Part shown: positions 38,201-50,254 of the stretch, in pieces
Layout: every line of letters begins with the position of its first letter
Numbering within the stretch: position 1 is the stretch's first letter
DNA from: Euglena gracilis
Lineage: Eukaryota
Direction of reading: 5' to 3'
DNA length: 64,000 nt
NCBI GenBank assembly: GCA_039621445.1
Contig: CP154954.1
Location: 34,321,737 to 34,385,736, forward strand
The notes under the pieces: model-generated
What the model saw: only the letters and a program-made list of their open reading frames with translations
The model's database searches: none
Told to the model about the DNA's origin: nothing
Translations under genes and position numbers: made by a program

Positions 38201-39040
38201 TCCCGGAGGATGAACCTCTGGCCCGAAGGAGACGTGAGGCGTCAGTCGCTTACACCACCGCGATTCTTCGCCCCTCCGTCACCATTCTGGAGGCAGCACC
38301 GCCGTCTCGGACAGGAACGGCTGTATCCTTCGTCTCTGCCGTGCGAGCGGCAGGGGAACGATCAGTTTCCCCGGCCCCCGCGGCGGCTCCCGTCTGTCCA
38401 CCGGTAGGTGGAGACCAGGAACTCCCTCAGGAGGAAGGCGAGTTCGTGGAGGATATCCTCCACGCTGCTCTCCCTGCTCCGGCACAGCCTAGGCCAGTCG
38501 AAGAACCTGCAGGCAATATACCTGTGGCTGCTACGCCTGTTCCAACGGCTGAGCCTCCCGCCGAGGTGACTGGCATGGTCATCGAGGATATCCTCGAAAA
38601 ACATACCAGCCCCGCAGCACGCACCTCATTAGGAGGCCGTGTACTCGGCGCCGTGGTCACTGGTATCACAGCCGTGGCTGCAGAACTAACGCTACCAGGT
38701 GGAGGCGTAGCGTCAGGCTCCGCCGCCGAGGTCGTGGAGACACCGACAGTTGGATCAAGGACTGGGAGACCCCGTCCTTTGATGTCAATGATCCGGAGCA
38801 CAACACCATCCGGAGCGAATCAGCTCCGCAGCGTTCCCCACGCCAAATGGAGATGGTTGAGAACCCATTAGGGGACCCACAACTCGACTACTGGCGTGAG
38901 GTGCAAGAACGTCCAGCCGATAAAGGCAGGTGAGGCGGCAGTCTTTCAGAACCCTCGTCAGGTATGCCTGACACCCTGTTCGGTTATTTGCCCGAACACC
39001 CCTTCGAAGACCCTTTGCGGTACTCGCCGCTAGTAAGTTC
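35264..39040 (+). pseudogene. Large orphan ORF (~1200 codons, a few frameshifts/stops), probably an extra ORF3 of a gypsy family
   Basis: ORFs 35162-36118, 35986-36840, 36961-37971 and 38062-38871 join up; the last two are in frame across one TGA. Pro-rich N-terminus, GKG repeats, Trp/Cys/His-rich core. Followed by gypsy 3'-UTR homology. Confidence 0.7.
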
Positions 39041-39159
39041 CCACCAGGATGCTGCCATATGCGGGATTCCGTGCGCATGCATGCACACCCCTCTCTCCTC
39101 TACCCTCTCGCGGGCGTGCGACACGCAGCGCACAGGGCCGACGGCCTCTTTTCCTTTCC

Positions 39160-39495
39160 TTTTTCTTTTCGGCCGTTTGAGGCTATAAGGCTGCCAGACA
39201 GCACAACTTTTCTGAACTAATACAACCCCTCACTCTTCTTTATTTCCCCCCCCCCGGGGCAAATGCTGTCGCCGGCAGTAGGTGTTGTAGAGTAGGATTT
39301 CCTTTTGCGTGGTCAGGTTTGACTGGCCATGCGCCTTGCCCAGTTTTGACTGGTCAGAGGCCCTCTCCTTCAACACCCTCCGCATGGGTTGTCCTGGAAT
39401 GCCCATGAACCCTACCCCAAGTGCCTTTGGTACATCCAAACTGGGTGAATTGGTTGCTTGGCAAGGAAACCTGCCAGCCCCATTTTCCCCAGTAG
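39160..39495 (+). repeat. Gypsy 3'-UTR homologue (inverted relative to 42748-43050)
   Basis: The reverse complement shares GGAAAATGGGGCTGG.AGGTTTCC, CTGACCAGTCA, ACTGC.GGCGACAGC..TTTGCCC.GGGGGG, TGCTGTCTGGCAG.CTTAT and GGCCGAAAAG with 42748-43050. Confidence 0.85.
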
Positions 39496-39513
39496 ATTAT
39501 AATATACTATATC

Positions 39514-39864
39514 GTAAAGGGGTCCTAACCCAAAAATTGTCCAAAATTTGCCTGAGTGGGGCCGAAAATCACTGAAATACCATTATTTTGGTTTTCAGTC
39601 GAATTTAACCTAGGGAAAAGATTATTGTGGTTCTGCTTGAAGGCTTGAACTCAGTTTTTGACCTTGCAGGGCCGATTCTTTGCAATTTTCAAGACTGGTT
39701 GACCAATTTTCCACAGTAGGATTTGCCATATTTCCGTAATTAGCCTAAGAAAGCCCCCACTCGTACCCACCAATTTCACACCAAATCTCACACACAGGGT
39801 TATTTACCAACACAATGCACTGGTACAAGACTACAAAAAAAATCAATTGATTGTGCATGCAAGA
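39514..39864 (-). repeat. ~350-bp repeat, inverted partner of 29231-29579; abuts the chromodomain
   Basis: Reverse complement of 29231-29579 with scattered substitutions. Confidence 0.92.
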
Positions 39865-40030
39865 TCTATGTTATTGCGCTTGTTCCACAGCTTCCAATTC
39901 CGCTGGATATATCCAACAAAAGTTGGTGCTGGCTCCCGAGTGTCCTCCTCTGGCCCATACCCTTTCCAGCGAACTTTCCAGTAGTGCACACCCCTGTCGA
40001 CCTTGTGGTCTTTTATCTTATCGACCACAA
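39865..40030 (-). pseudogene. Chromodomain of element B integrase
   Basis: FVVDKIKDHKVDRGVHYWKVRWKGYGPEEDTREP. Confidence 0.9.
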
Positions 40031-40071
40031 AGTCGTTCGTTTCAGGTAATCTGGAACGGGCTTGAAATATC

Positions 40072-40424
40072 GGGGGTGTTCCCCCCGTGACCTCCCCGTG
40101 ACCCCCCCGTGACCCTCCCGTGACCCGAACAAGGACCCTTTTCGACGAAATTTTGTAGAAAAATTTTGGCCGGTGATGACTAATTTGATAAAATTCTCAA
40201 GCAGATTCCTAATCTTGAGGCTTAAACTTTTCAAATTTTCGCTTGGTGATTCCTAATTTGGTGTCAAAATCGTAATTTTGGGTGTGGGGATTCCTAATTT
40301 GTGGAAATTTTTCCCAAAAATTAAGGCTCGGTGATTCCTAATTTTGCTACCAAAAACGTGGCGTTCCCCCCGTGACCCCCTTCGTGACCCCCCCCGTGAC
40401 CCCCCCGTGACCCGAACCACCCCC
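40072..40424. mobile_element. MITE-like insertion with CCCCGTGA repeats in the integrase C-terminal region
   Basis: GGGGGTGTTC / GAACCACCCCC termini and two clusters of ~11-bp CCCCGTGAC repeats. Interrupts pol. TSD not resolved. Confidence 0.65.
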
Positions 40425-40649
40425 ATGGACAGGGGATAGCTTTTCAGTCTGGGGGGCTTAGGTACGGTTTGAAGCCGTCCATATGGACGTCCTCAATCCC
40501 GTTGGGCAAGGCAACTTTATATCGCCCGCTACTACCTAACCTCTCCAAAATTTTGCATGCGCCGAGCCAAAGAAGATCTAGCTTGGAAATTTGCTTTCGG
40601 GTGTGGTTATTCCGTATTCACACGTGGTGACCTGGAATATACGCAGGTG

Positions 40650-41500
40650 TGTTTTAGTTTTGTAAGAACGATTTCCGTTTGTTGGAATTAATTTCTGTGA
40701 TACGTGATTGGAGTGCATAGCGGAGTGATTCCACTTCTGCAAAACACGTTTCACAGCCGACACTGCTTCGGGCGGGTCTCTTCGAGGGTATATCCCCTGT
40801 GGCCGGAGGGTCTCGTCCGAAAACAATTTTGTACGGTGAGTGTGGTAATACCAACCCTGGCAAGGTATTGATGTGAAATAAACACCAACGAAGAAAGTAT
40901 AACCAATTCTTTCCCCAGTCAGTCAGTGAAATTGCGAAGCATATTCACGACGTATTTCACGGCTGCCTCGGCTCTACCATTGCCTTTCGGGCGTTATATA
41001 ATGGAAAAATGCTGCTCAATGCCGAGTAAACCGCACAAAGTTGTGAAAAACCACCAAGAGATCAAGGGATCTTGATCACTCAGGATTTCGTTCGGTAACC
41101 CCATTAAGCATATACATTTATCCAGGAATATGGATGTCAAAATTTGGGCTGTCAACCCTGCTTTCCGGCATGGAATGGCTACTATGTACCAACTCAGCCG
41201 ACAGACGACAACAAAAACGTAATCGTAATTTTTTTTTGTCTTGTCCTTTGCAAGGTTCATGTTCGAGAAAATCCATTCAGATGGACGTAAAAATGTCTGG
41301 TGGTACGGGAAAAAGTCCATCGTACCAGGGGGGGTACGTCTGTGTGGTTTCGCAGCCTGACAAAATTGGCACCGTTGGGAAATTCGCAAACGGCGCGAAT
41401 ATAAATCTTTTTCACTCAGTGTTGTGCAATATTTGCGACCCACTAGTGAATGAAATTATGGGGCCCGAGGGTGACCTGGTTAAACAATATTTATAACCAG
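40650..41500 (-). pseudogene. Gypsy integrase (element B)
   Basis: CQFCQAAK, FVVVCRLSWY..AIPC, GLPNEILSDQD, a KGNGRAE-like motif, and SPYKIVFGRD. Confidence 0.92.
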
Positions 41501-41829
41501 AATCCTTCCGGAAAATAAGTCACAATGGTGATGGAGAGTAATTCTCTCTGCATTCACCATTACGAAGTCTATTCGCAATGGTACTATATATTAGGTCACG
41601 CGAAAAATCACATTCGCGTAAAAATAGGGGGGTAGGAGTTTCCGTACGCGTAATGCGACGGGGTCCGGCAGTGCGTCCACGCCGGCGCCTTTCACACAAT
41701 GGTGAAAAGGCGATGATGCGATATCCCCGGGAAATAGGTAGTGAATCAGGCATGTTGTGCGCAGCGTCGGATCGACGTGCGAGCTCGTCAGCCTCAGTCA
41801 GTCGCATCACCCCTCATCCGGGTTCCCAA

Positions 41830-42082
41830 GATAATACGAGGGGGCTCGGCTGAGAGGATCCGCAACTTTTTGCGTGTGACCTGGGGCATAGATAACCACC
41901 AGGTTAAACTGGCTCAAGAACTCATGCCATCGGCATCTTCAGCCAACTGATGACATGGCCTTGTTCAGGTCCTCGGTATATCAGTGTTGAAGGCTCTCAT
42001 GATCCGTCAACACGAGTATCTGGACCAAGCTGCCTGGCTATCCAGCTGCGGAATTGCTGTGGAATAAGCACAATGGGATATG
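41830..42082 (-). pseudogene. C-terminal half of element B RNase H
   Basis: Continues from REKETY: PIVL..FRSWI, VLTDHESL, RWHEFLSQFNL and ADPLSR. Confidence 0.88.
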
Positions 42083-42501
42083 AGTGTACGTCCCCTGACT
42101 CTATTCCCACTGCCTGTCGGCCTACTTACACCCTCCCGTGGGAACAGAACCAGGAGAGTAACAAAAAAGAAAATCTTTCACTTAACTATTAGTTTTTATT
42201 GCCTTTGGGCTTATGCAGAGCACAAGGCAAAGAGAGGGATTTGTTTGGAAACTCGTTCCTCCAATGTCCTCCTATCGGAGTGTTGAACTTGAAATCTTGG
42301 TTTGCCCTTTTGGGCTAATGAAATGTGAAACAGAATAACAATACCACCTGTGAAAAGAGAAGGCAGATCCGAGATAGGATAGGCTATTCCTAATTCTGCA
42401 ACTTGTATTGCAGAACTTGGAATAGTACTATCTGGCATAACATTGTACATTCTGCAGGCTGCTGCTATGCACAGTGCCATGTTCATGCTGCCTGGTACAC
42501 A
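42083..42501 (-). repeat. 3' LTR of element A
   Basis: Direct repeat of 50255-50673, preceded on the element strand by the PPT GGGAGGGGGA. Confidence 0.95.
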
Positions 42502-43199
42502 TCCCCCTCCCAGGGCTTTGCCCGATTTCCTTACTGGACCAGGCCAGCAAGGATTCAAGCATAGCTCTAAGACTGATGAAGGTACACCAGGAAAGCATAT
42601 CTTGGGTCTGCTTCTCCATCACAAGGTTGATAAACCAGAAAGGGAAGGAAGAGAGGGGAACCTAACAACCCAAAACGCGCAAAAGAGGTTATCCGCTTAT
42701 GCGGCTAACTACTTATTGCGGTAAAGGGGTGGAAGTGGAAGAGCCCATTGGAAAATGGGGCTGGAAGGTTTCCATTCCAGAAAGTCCCATCCACCCGGTT
42801 TGGGGTGTGTCTATGACACGCGGAGAGGTCTCATTCCATAATCGGAAAAGATTGAAGGGTAGGGTGTGGAAGGGGGGGGCACCTGACCAGTCATATCTGA
42901 CCAGGGAGAAAGACCTATTTACAAAACCAACTGCTGGCGACAGCGATTTTGCCCGGGGGGGAAAGGGGAGAGGAGGGGAACTGGTCTAAAGACCTTACAA
43001 AGAATTTTTGCTGTCTGGCAGTCTTATGGTGGCCTTAAGGCCGAAAAGTAACAAGTTGGGGCTATTATTGCGGTGTGCGCGCTGTACGCTGTGCGTCTTC
43101 TTACTGGCGGCATATACCGCTGTGAAGTCTTCACAGTGCTGCGCGGGCACGATGTTGTCGATGGGGTATCCCCAGAGGCTTATACCTCAGAATAGCGGG

Positions 43200-45960
43200 C
43201 AGTGGCCCTAAAAACTGTAGATTTGGCAGTTGTGCCTTGGGTGTGCAGCCTGTAGGCTGACGGTTTGGCACTAGCCAAAAATAATGGGGGGGGGTAGGCT
43301 TTATCGCCCAGAAACATTGCCTTGCGGAATATGCATGGCACAAAAGTACTACTGGGTGTATACCCGAGTCAAAAAAAAAATTCGGCATATTGCCAAAAAG
43401 ATCATACTGAGGTGTACAACGGCAGAAAAAAATGTGGAATTGTGGCAGGCTGCTGCCAATTAACAGAACAAATGTGGTTGGTGTGGCTTATACCACTTTG
43501 AAAAACCAGAAATGAACTGTGAATGCACGTAAAAGGATGGAACATTGTTCCCGTGCGGTGAAATTCATCACAAAAAGCTGGATTTCACCATTTTTGAGCT
43601 ATGGTTCTTATAAACCCTGCAGAACGACACCATTGGTGTTGCAGATGATGACCATTGGGTCCTCCGAATTATATCGGTAAGGGAATTCCACTGAATGAAG
43701 CGGGGGGGGGCAAGAATGCCTTTGGTGTGGTAAGCAGAAAAAATACTGCAAATATGACAAAATCTCATCATGAGTGACTATGCCAGTAAGAAATACTGAC
43801 TTTTGTCAAATTTTTAGGGAAATCCCTATCAGGATTTAGGGCAGAAATGCAGATTCTGCGTCTAGAGTTGCATTTGTGTAACCAAAAGTGCAACTTTGTT
43901 GCATTTTGAGTCCTTTAAGACTGCAAATTTGCCAAGTGCACATAGTGCCTGTTGAGAGTGTCCAATAACACTGCATGTTTGCTGTTGTATGGATTTTGGG
44001 ATTTGGGTGTCTAATAACACCACATCACCCAAAAAGCGGTAAAATTGTGCAAAAGTATCGCAAAAATGCAAAAATACGCTTGAAAATACAAGTAAAATAT
44101 GTCTATGACATCTTGAGCAAAGGAAAAATTGCCATTATCAGCATATCCCTTTGCATCCCACTCTGGCATAGTGACTCATGGTCACTCCCATTAGGGATAT
44201 GAGTGCCAGAATAGGGAAAAATCACTAAAAATTGGACAAAATCAATGATTTAAATGAAAAATTGCACATACGTGCTCCTAAAAATGATTCTAGTGAGCAG
44301 AAATGACTCCAAATTGTGGGCTATAGCCCTCTGAACTGTACCAGGCCTAATAGCCCATACAGAGGGGGTAATGGGCAGAATGCTGCCAAAGGTATTAAAA
44401 AATGGCCATTAGCCAATCTGGTAACCAATGGTAATTAGCCATCAGAAACGATGTAGGGAACAGTATAGAAGCCTTTCAGGCTGATTTGCCAGTCTGGTAC
44501 ACGATCGTACAAGATCTGGCTCAAAATTTGGCTTTTGGTCGGATTGGCTTGGCTTAATTCAATTTTTCACGATCTCCTCAAATAAGAGTACCGTGCAGAG
44601 TTACAGCGATCTGTTTGCACCGCTGGACGGCTCATCGAAGGAGCTTTCGAATGAGGGGTAACATGGCCTATCGGCCAGCTACAGGCGCTGAGATACGTCT
44701 TTGATCTTTTGCCTGTGTGAGTGAGCTTTTGCTATAAGCTCCCATAATTTATTCTACAAAGACAACTTTTGGTTTCTATCTCATAGGCACTACTACGTAC
44801 AGTCAAAACCTCATGGCACGAGGTGCCAGAAATGTTGAGGCTTTTGTGGTGGTTTTGAGGCTATGCCAAAGTGACACTTATGCAAATCTGCATAAAATTA
44901 GCCTATTTGGCTTGTTTTGGCCAATTCAGCCACTTTCAGCCATGTAATATGGCTTTTTGTACCATTTTTTGAGGTCCTATGGACTTTAAACTTTATAATA
45001 TGGATTTGTGGACCTTTGGTCCTTTTGGTCCTTGCAATTTGTGCAAATTGGTCCCATGGACCCATGGACCACATGGGTAATGGCCTATAAGCCTTCCACA
45101 TCATAGGTTGTATTGGTCACAAAGACCTAAGGCTAAGTGGTCAAGTCCATACAAATGCATGTTTGAATGGATTTTCTTCATTTTCTTTTTGGGGGGGGGA
45201 GCAACTATGTTGCAGATTTTCTCAAGGAATTCAACTTATTCCCTATCGGGATTCACTTCTGTAATTTTGAGCATTTTTCCATATCGGGATTGCATTTTGC
45301 CAAAATAATAAGCCATTTAAGGCACAAAACTGCTATTTAAGCACAAGTTGGATAAGTTTTCGGGAAAAATGCAGTATTTGCAATGCATCCCAAAAACTTT
45401 ATCACGTTACTTGTGTTGCTTTGCTCTATAGAGCTTTGGGAACACCGAAATATTTTTGGTGTGGGAGTGGATTGGGTAAAAAACCCTATTCACATAAAAC
45501 TTCACTTCTTGTTTGCTGTCATCAAACAAAATCTGCAATTTGATCATGTGGTACAGATACAAACATCCATGAACATAGTTGCGGATTTCCACACATATAT
45601 CTTTAGGAATGATTCCCAAAAGAATATGGGTGGTTTGGGCATATACACATGGGTCAGAAATGCACGATAGTGCTCACACGACATTGTGAGAAAGGGGGGG
45701 TTGCTAAGGTGGGTGGCGCGATACGCCCGGGGTCTAGCGCGATACGCGCATGATATGGCGCGACACACGCGGGGGGGGGGGCAGTTGCCTCACTGCACAA
45801 CATGTGCGTGGGGGTAGGCTTGGCAGCGCGATATGCGCAGGATTCGCGCGACGCGCGGTGTGCGCAATTAGTGCTTGCGGAGGAATGTCAGCCATGCACA
45901 TCGGCATTGATGTGCGCTATGCGCTTCGGGGGGAATGTGCACATAGTGCTGAATTTGTCT
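43200..45960. other. Non-coding, DNA-transposon-like debris replacing pol in element A
   Basis: No pol homology. Starts CAGTGGCCC at a sharp boundary. GCGCGATA repeats at ~45715-45850. AT-rich. Confidence 0.5.
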
Positions 45961-46768
45961 TGCACTTGACAAAAATCGGTCAATGAATAGAGCTCTCCGT
46001 TGGAGATAGAGTGTGGGGGATTAGTTTTGATGTATATATTCACCTTTGTGTTTGGTTGGTGATTGTGTGGAAAGTTCTCCCAGAGTGCACACCATGGGGG
46101 GAAGGTGCGGAGTAGTTGTCCTGGTCGCGCATGTCGGTCTGCGGGGGTGAGTGTGTAAAAAAAAAATTGAGCATGCGAATTTTGGAGCTGCTGGGGGTGT
46201 ACAGGATTGTCTGAATCGACAAACCTGGTGGAAAACGAAAAGTTCAAAGCAGCTGGGCGACTACTCGACACCGTTTAAACTTCAGGCCTTAGGGCTTTCG
46301 TCTTGGAACCCAGTGGAACGAATGGGGGTTAAGCTACTTGTTACCCCTACCGCATGTGGAACGTTTGTGGATATGCAGTGGGTAGGGGGGGGCACTTTCT
46401 CTTTACCCCGGGTTGAAAACAGTGTTGGTGTTGTTGAAAACGGTGTTGCTGTCATCAAAAACGGTATGTAAAAGTGATGATTAGTGGAAGTTTGAGGGGG
46501 GGGAAGAATTTTGCGGTGTTGTGTGCATTCTTGGAGCGGGAATCCACTCAACCACATGGCCATACATGGGGTATCCCACGATACACCACAACTGGAAACA
46601 CAAAAGTGTTTATATGTCAAAGGTTCATGTAAATTTTGAGCGGGGACACCAGAAAATCCTTGCACACTGACCCGAAAGGATACTGGGCAGGGGATGGCTA
46701 GGGTCGCGACTCCTGTCACCTCCTTTCTAGTACCATCTGTAGTCCGTATCCTTGGATTTTTGGTTCCT

Positions 46769-49700
46769 TCACTCAAAAACCGAACAGGTGGCCATATCAG
46801 CCGTTGACTTTCTTGACGCATATACGTCTCTGACTATATGAGCGCTAAAGCGGGGATGATCCCTTTGGTTACGTGGGGTATCATCCCCCTCCCTGCCCGA
46901 AGCCGGGTGATAATCCTCGATAGAGGGTGTTCTTTGACCTACCTTGTGCCTTTTGGCTAAAGTATGATCTTTTGAACTGCGACTCATATCGCGATGGCTG
47001 TGGCTTAGGTGGTGAGAGTTCGCATAGCGACAGTTGAGGGAGGGGTGGTTGCTGGATCCGCACAGTGAACATTTTGATCGTGATTGGTATTTTGATTTTT
47101 GCGAATGCGCATTTTGTGAAAAACGAGAACTGCGTGATGAGGTTGATCCTCTTGGGCTTGTGTTGCGCCTTCGCGCTGCAGGATTTGGACAATGGCAAGA
47201 TATATGACCCTTTTTGTTACACAAAAAGCACAATTTGTCCGAAAATTCTCCTGAAGAGCGCGAATTGCGCAATTTAGATTCCGCTATAGCGGTATGTGAT
47301 AAGCGTGACACATTTTTCACAGAACTGACGTGGATAGCGGGTATTCCTGCTGTGGGGTAGCTCGTATAAGCCGACTGGATTTGTCCTAAAAGCTGTGATA
47401 GCTTCAATTGTTTGGAAACATAGTTCCATCGCTCATCGAGCGTCAAAATATGTCCTGCGAGTTCCTCTCGGTGAATTTCTTTTATGAGTTTGGGTATAAA
47501 GTGCAGTAATACTGCGTCAAATTGCTCTTTCATTTGGTTTTCGCCTAAGTCGTCTACTTCGGCTGCCAAAGAAAGCCATTTTGAGTACCATAGGTCTATC
47601 GACCTCTATTTTCGGTCATGGGGGGCATATTGCCGCCATTTTTTCTCCAGAGTGATTCTGGAAACCAAACTTGAACATGATGAAGCGTATTGCTCAACCA
47701 AATCCTGAAAAGAAATGCACCCGCGAATGACCAATTGTCTGGCGCGTTCCTTTTCATCTTTTGGTAGACAATCTATGAATTCCATTTTGGTCACCTCTGG
47801 ATTTTCGTCCTGGGTTGGTCCCTTCAATTCCCAGTAGTACTCCCAGTCACGGAAAAACTGTTTCCATGTTGTTGGGTCACCGTCCCATTGGGGCTTCACC
47901 TTTTTCGCGATAGCGATACTTCCTTTGATATCTTTTTGAGGCTCCCATGGCCCTTCGGTGGTATTCAAGCAAGTTGGGCCTGGGCGCAAAACCGCACCAT
48001 GCGCGGGTACCTCGGTGGTTGCACCAAGTGTACTTTTGGATGTATTTTGCGAATGCGCATTCAATATTCCACTTGGTGTACCGTAGGTACCTTGCAAACT
48101 TGGTGAATCGCGAATGCGCGAATGGTGATGCTGATGCATCTCAGGATCAATACCATGTGCGGGAGTGCGGCTCATACCGCAACAAAGTTCATATTCCCAA
48201 ATTTTTCGATTTCTTTGAGGGTTTCGTTTGGCTTTCTCTTGAAAACTAACCCTATCATCCAAAAAATGGTCCATTGGGACTGGTACCGCTTGGGGAGGGA
48301 CTACTGCATGAGCAGAATCGTAATTTTGTGGCAATGTGCCAATAGGCTCTGCCACAGGTGCAGTGTTAGCGCTTTTGGAGCTGGAATCTGCGGCAAGTGT
48401 GCCTACAACACCCGTATCGGGTTTTTGCTGTAAAAAACGCAATTGTGCGTGTACTTGATCCAAATTTTCTGTAAAGTCATGAAAATTTTTCTCCAAATCA
48501 TCGAGAATTTTCAGATGATCGGTGATTGCACCAATATCTTCCTGCAAGCGCTTAATACGCCTGCGGTGTTTGGACATATCGTCCAGAAGAGGGATTTTGT
48601 CAGAAATCAACAGGAAATCCTGCGAAATTGCACCAAAAACAGTGTCCAATTCTTGAACTCGTACTGCTAAAGTACGTATCGCACTGGAAATGATCTCCAA
48701 TTGTGGAGATGGTTGGTCCGAATGCAGACTTTTGACTATTTCAGCCTTTGTCTGTTCCATCAAGACCGAAACTTGCGCGGATAGCGCGATAATGTCATTT
48801 TGCAGTTTTGTGACATCCTGCTTCACCGTTTTCTCGGTGTTCATGAGACTATCACAAAATCCTTGCATAAATTCGTCATTTTCCGCGCGCATTTCAGCGC
48901 AAAACTGCTCCAAGTGTAGGGATGTGAGTGTGGGTATGGGTGTGGTCGACGGCAATGCGTCTGGGGTTGGTGATTGCACCTGAAGCAATTTTGTGCTTAA
49001 TTCTTGCATGCATATCTGTAAATCCGCTATCGCGGTTTGAATTACGGTTACATCTGTAATTTTGCCATTTGTTTCCGCACAGCGGGCATGGAACTTAGCC
49101 AAAGCGGCTTCAATTTCTACCATGTCACTTTGCCGCTGTTGTTGCAAATCCTCAAACCTACTCGCAATATTTGCGATTTGGGTGTGAAAACTTGCAACTT
49201 CAGCAGGAAATTCACCAGAATGATGAGATTTCTGCTCCAATCGAGAAAGTCTCTCCTCCAATTGTTTCACATAAGTAGGGGTTGCAAAACTTTCATGTGC
49301 TTGAGCAGAAACTTGTGCAAAATTCGCGGAATCACCGCTCAATTGGAGAATGCGCTGTTGCGCTTTCTGGAAATCAGTTGCAAGGTTGGAAAACTGCTGC
49401 AGTGTGATAAATTGTCTGATAGGACTTGGACATGGGAGCACATGGGGGGGGCGGGATAAAATTTGGTATTTCTAACCCAACCTCAATAAAAAGTGGATGT
49501 GGAGCAACCGCCTCAGAATCAAATGTGCCTATCGGCATTGGTGCGATATCTCGCTGGGGGGTAAAACTGTCAGCCAATCGGCTTTCCACCAAAAGTGGTT
49601 GAGCCTGTTGGGCTATGGGCAGCTCGATAGGGCTGCTGGACACCGATAGGTGTGGGGGAGCCCATTGGGCGGGGGGATGAGGCACCATTAGGTTTGCACC

Positions 49701-49994
49701 CCTTTGGGGTTGGGAATGCTCGATAGAGCTGGACATTCGGGTGGGGGGGTGCTCAATAGAGCTGTTAATTTGGGTTGGGGGATGCTCAATGGAGCTGGGG
49801 ATTTGGGTGGGGGGATGCTCAATAGAGCTGGGGGTATACCTTGATGGGAGCGTATCCTCCTCTTGTGACAATTCATGTGAAGTGCTTCTCAAAGAACCAA
49901 TCAGTTCTTGGTAATCAATGAGTGTGTTGGTGCTTGAGCTCTGCATATTTTTATTTGCAGAAACAAACACAAGCAAACCCAAAAAGGTAAGCAA
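46769..49994 (-). pseudogene. gag: gag of element A (coiled-coil N-terminus, capsid-like region, zinc knuckles)
   Basis: ORFs 49374-49994, 47606-49441 and 46769-47569. CFLCNKKGHISCHC and CSLCGSSNHPSLNC knuckles. KKVKPQWDGD.TTW..FFRDWEYYW is shared with B. SSIEHP repeats. Confidence 0.85.
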
Positions 49995-50244
49995 AGGAAC
50001 AAACTTAGAAGGGTGTGGCAGTGTATACTGCCCAGAGCCTCCTGAAGCTCGTACCTGTGCTTAGAAGTTGGCTCCAAACAGCTCGTGGATGCTTTGTAGC
50101 CTATAGGCTGAGCACCACTCACTGTTTGAAGTCACCTGTTCAGATGGGGGGGAGAAGGGGCGTAGGAAAGAAACCTAATCTGCTACCAAGTGTATTCCTT
50201 GATAGTCTTTCTGATTGTGAAGTATGTGTAGGTTCGTAACCTAT

Positions 50245-50254
50245 TCTGCTACCA
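50245..50254 (-). promoter_or_regulatory. Primer-binding site, initiator tRNA-Met type (element A)
   Basis: TGGTAGCAGA directly after the 5' LTR. Complementary to the ...UCUGCUACCA 3' end known for many eukaryotic tRNAiMet. Confidence 0.85.

Noticed and set aside
35264-39040. env glycoprotein call for the orphan ORF
   Set aside because: No evident signal peptide, C-terminal transmembrane helix or fusion-protein motif.
29231-39864. Polinton/Maverick or virophage bounded by long TIRs
   Set aside because: No pPolB, packaging ATPase, capsid or own integrase recognisable, and no TSD. The contents are retroelement fragments.
50160-50254. tRNA gene
   Set aside because: Only T-arm/acceptor 3' similarity including CCA next to an LTR. 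It is a primer-binding site, not a full cloverleaf.
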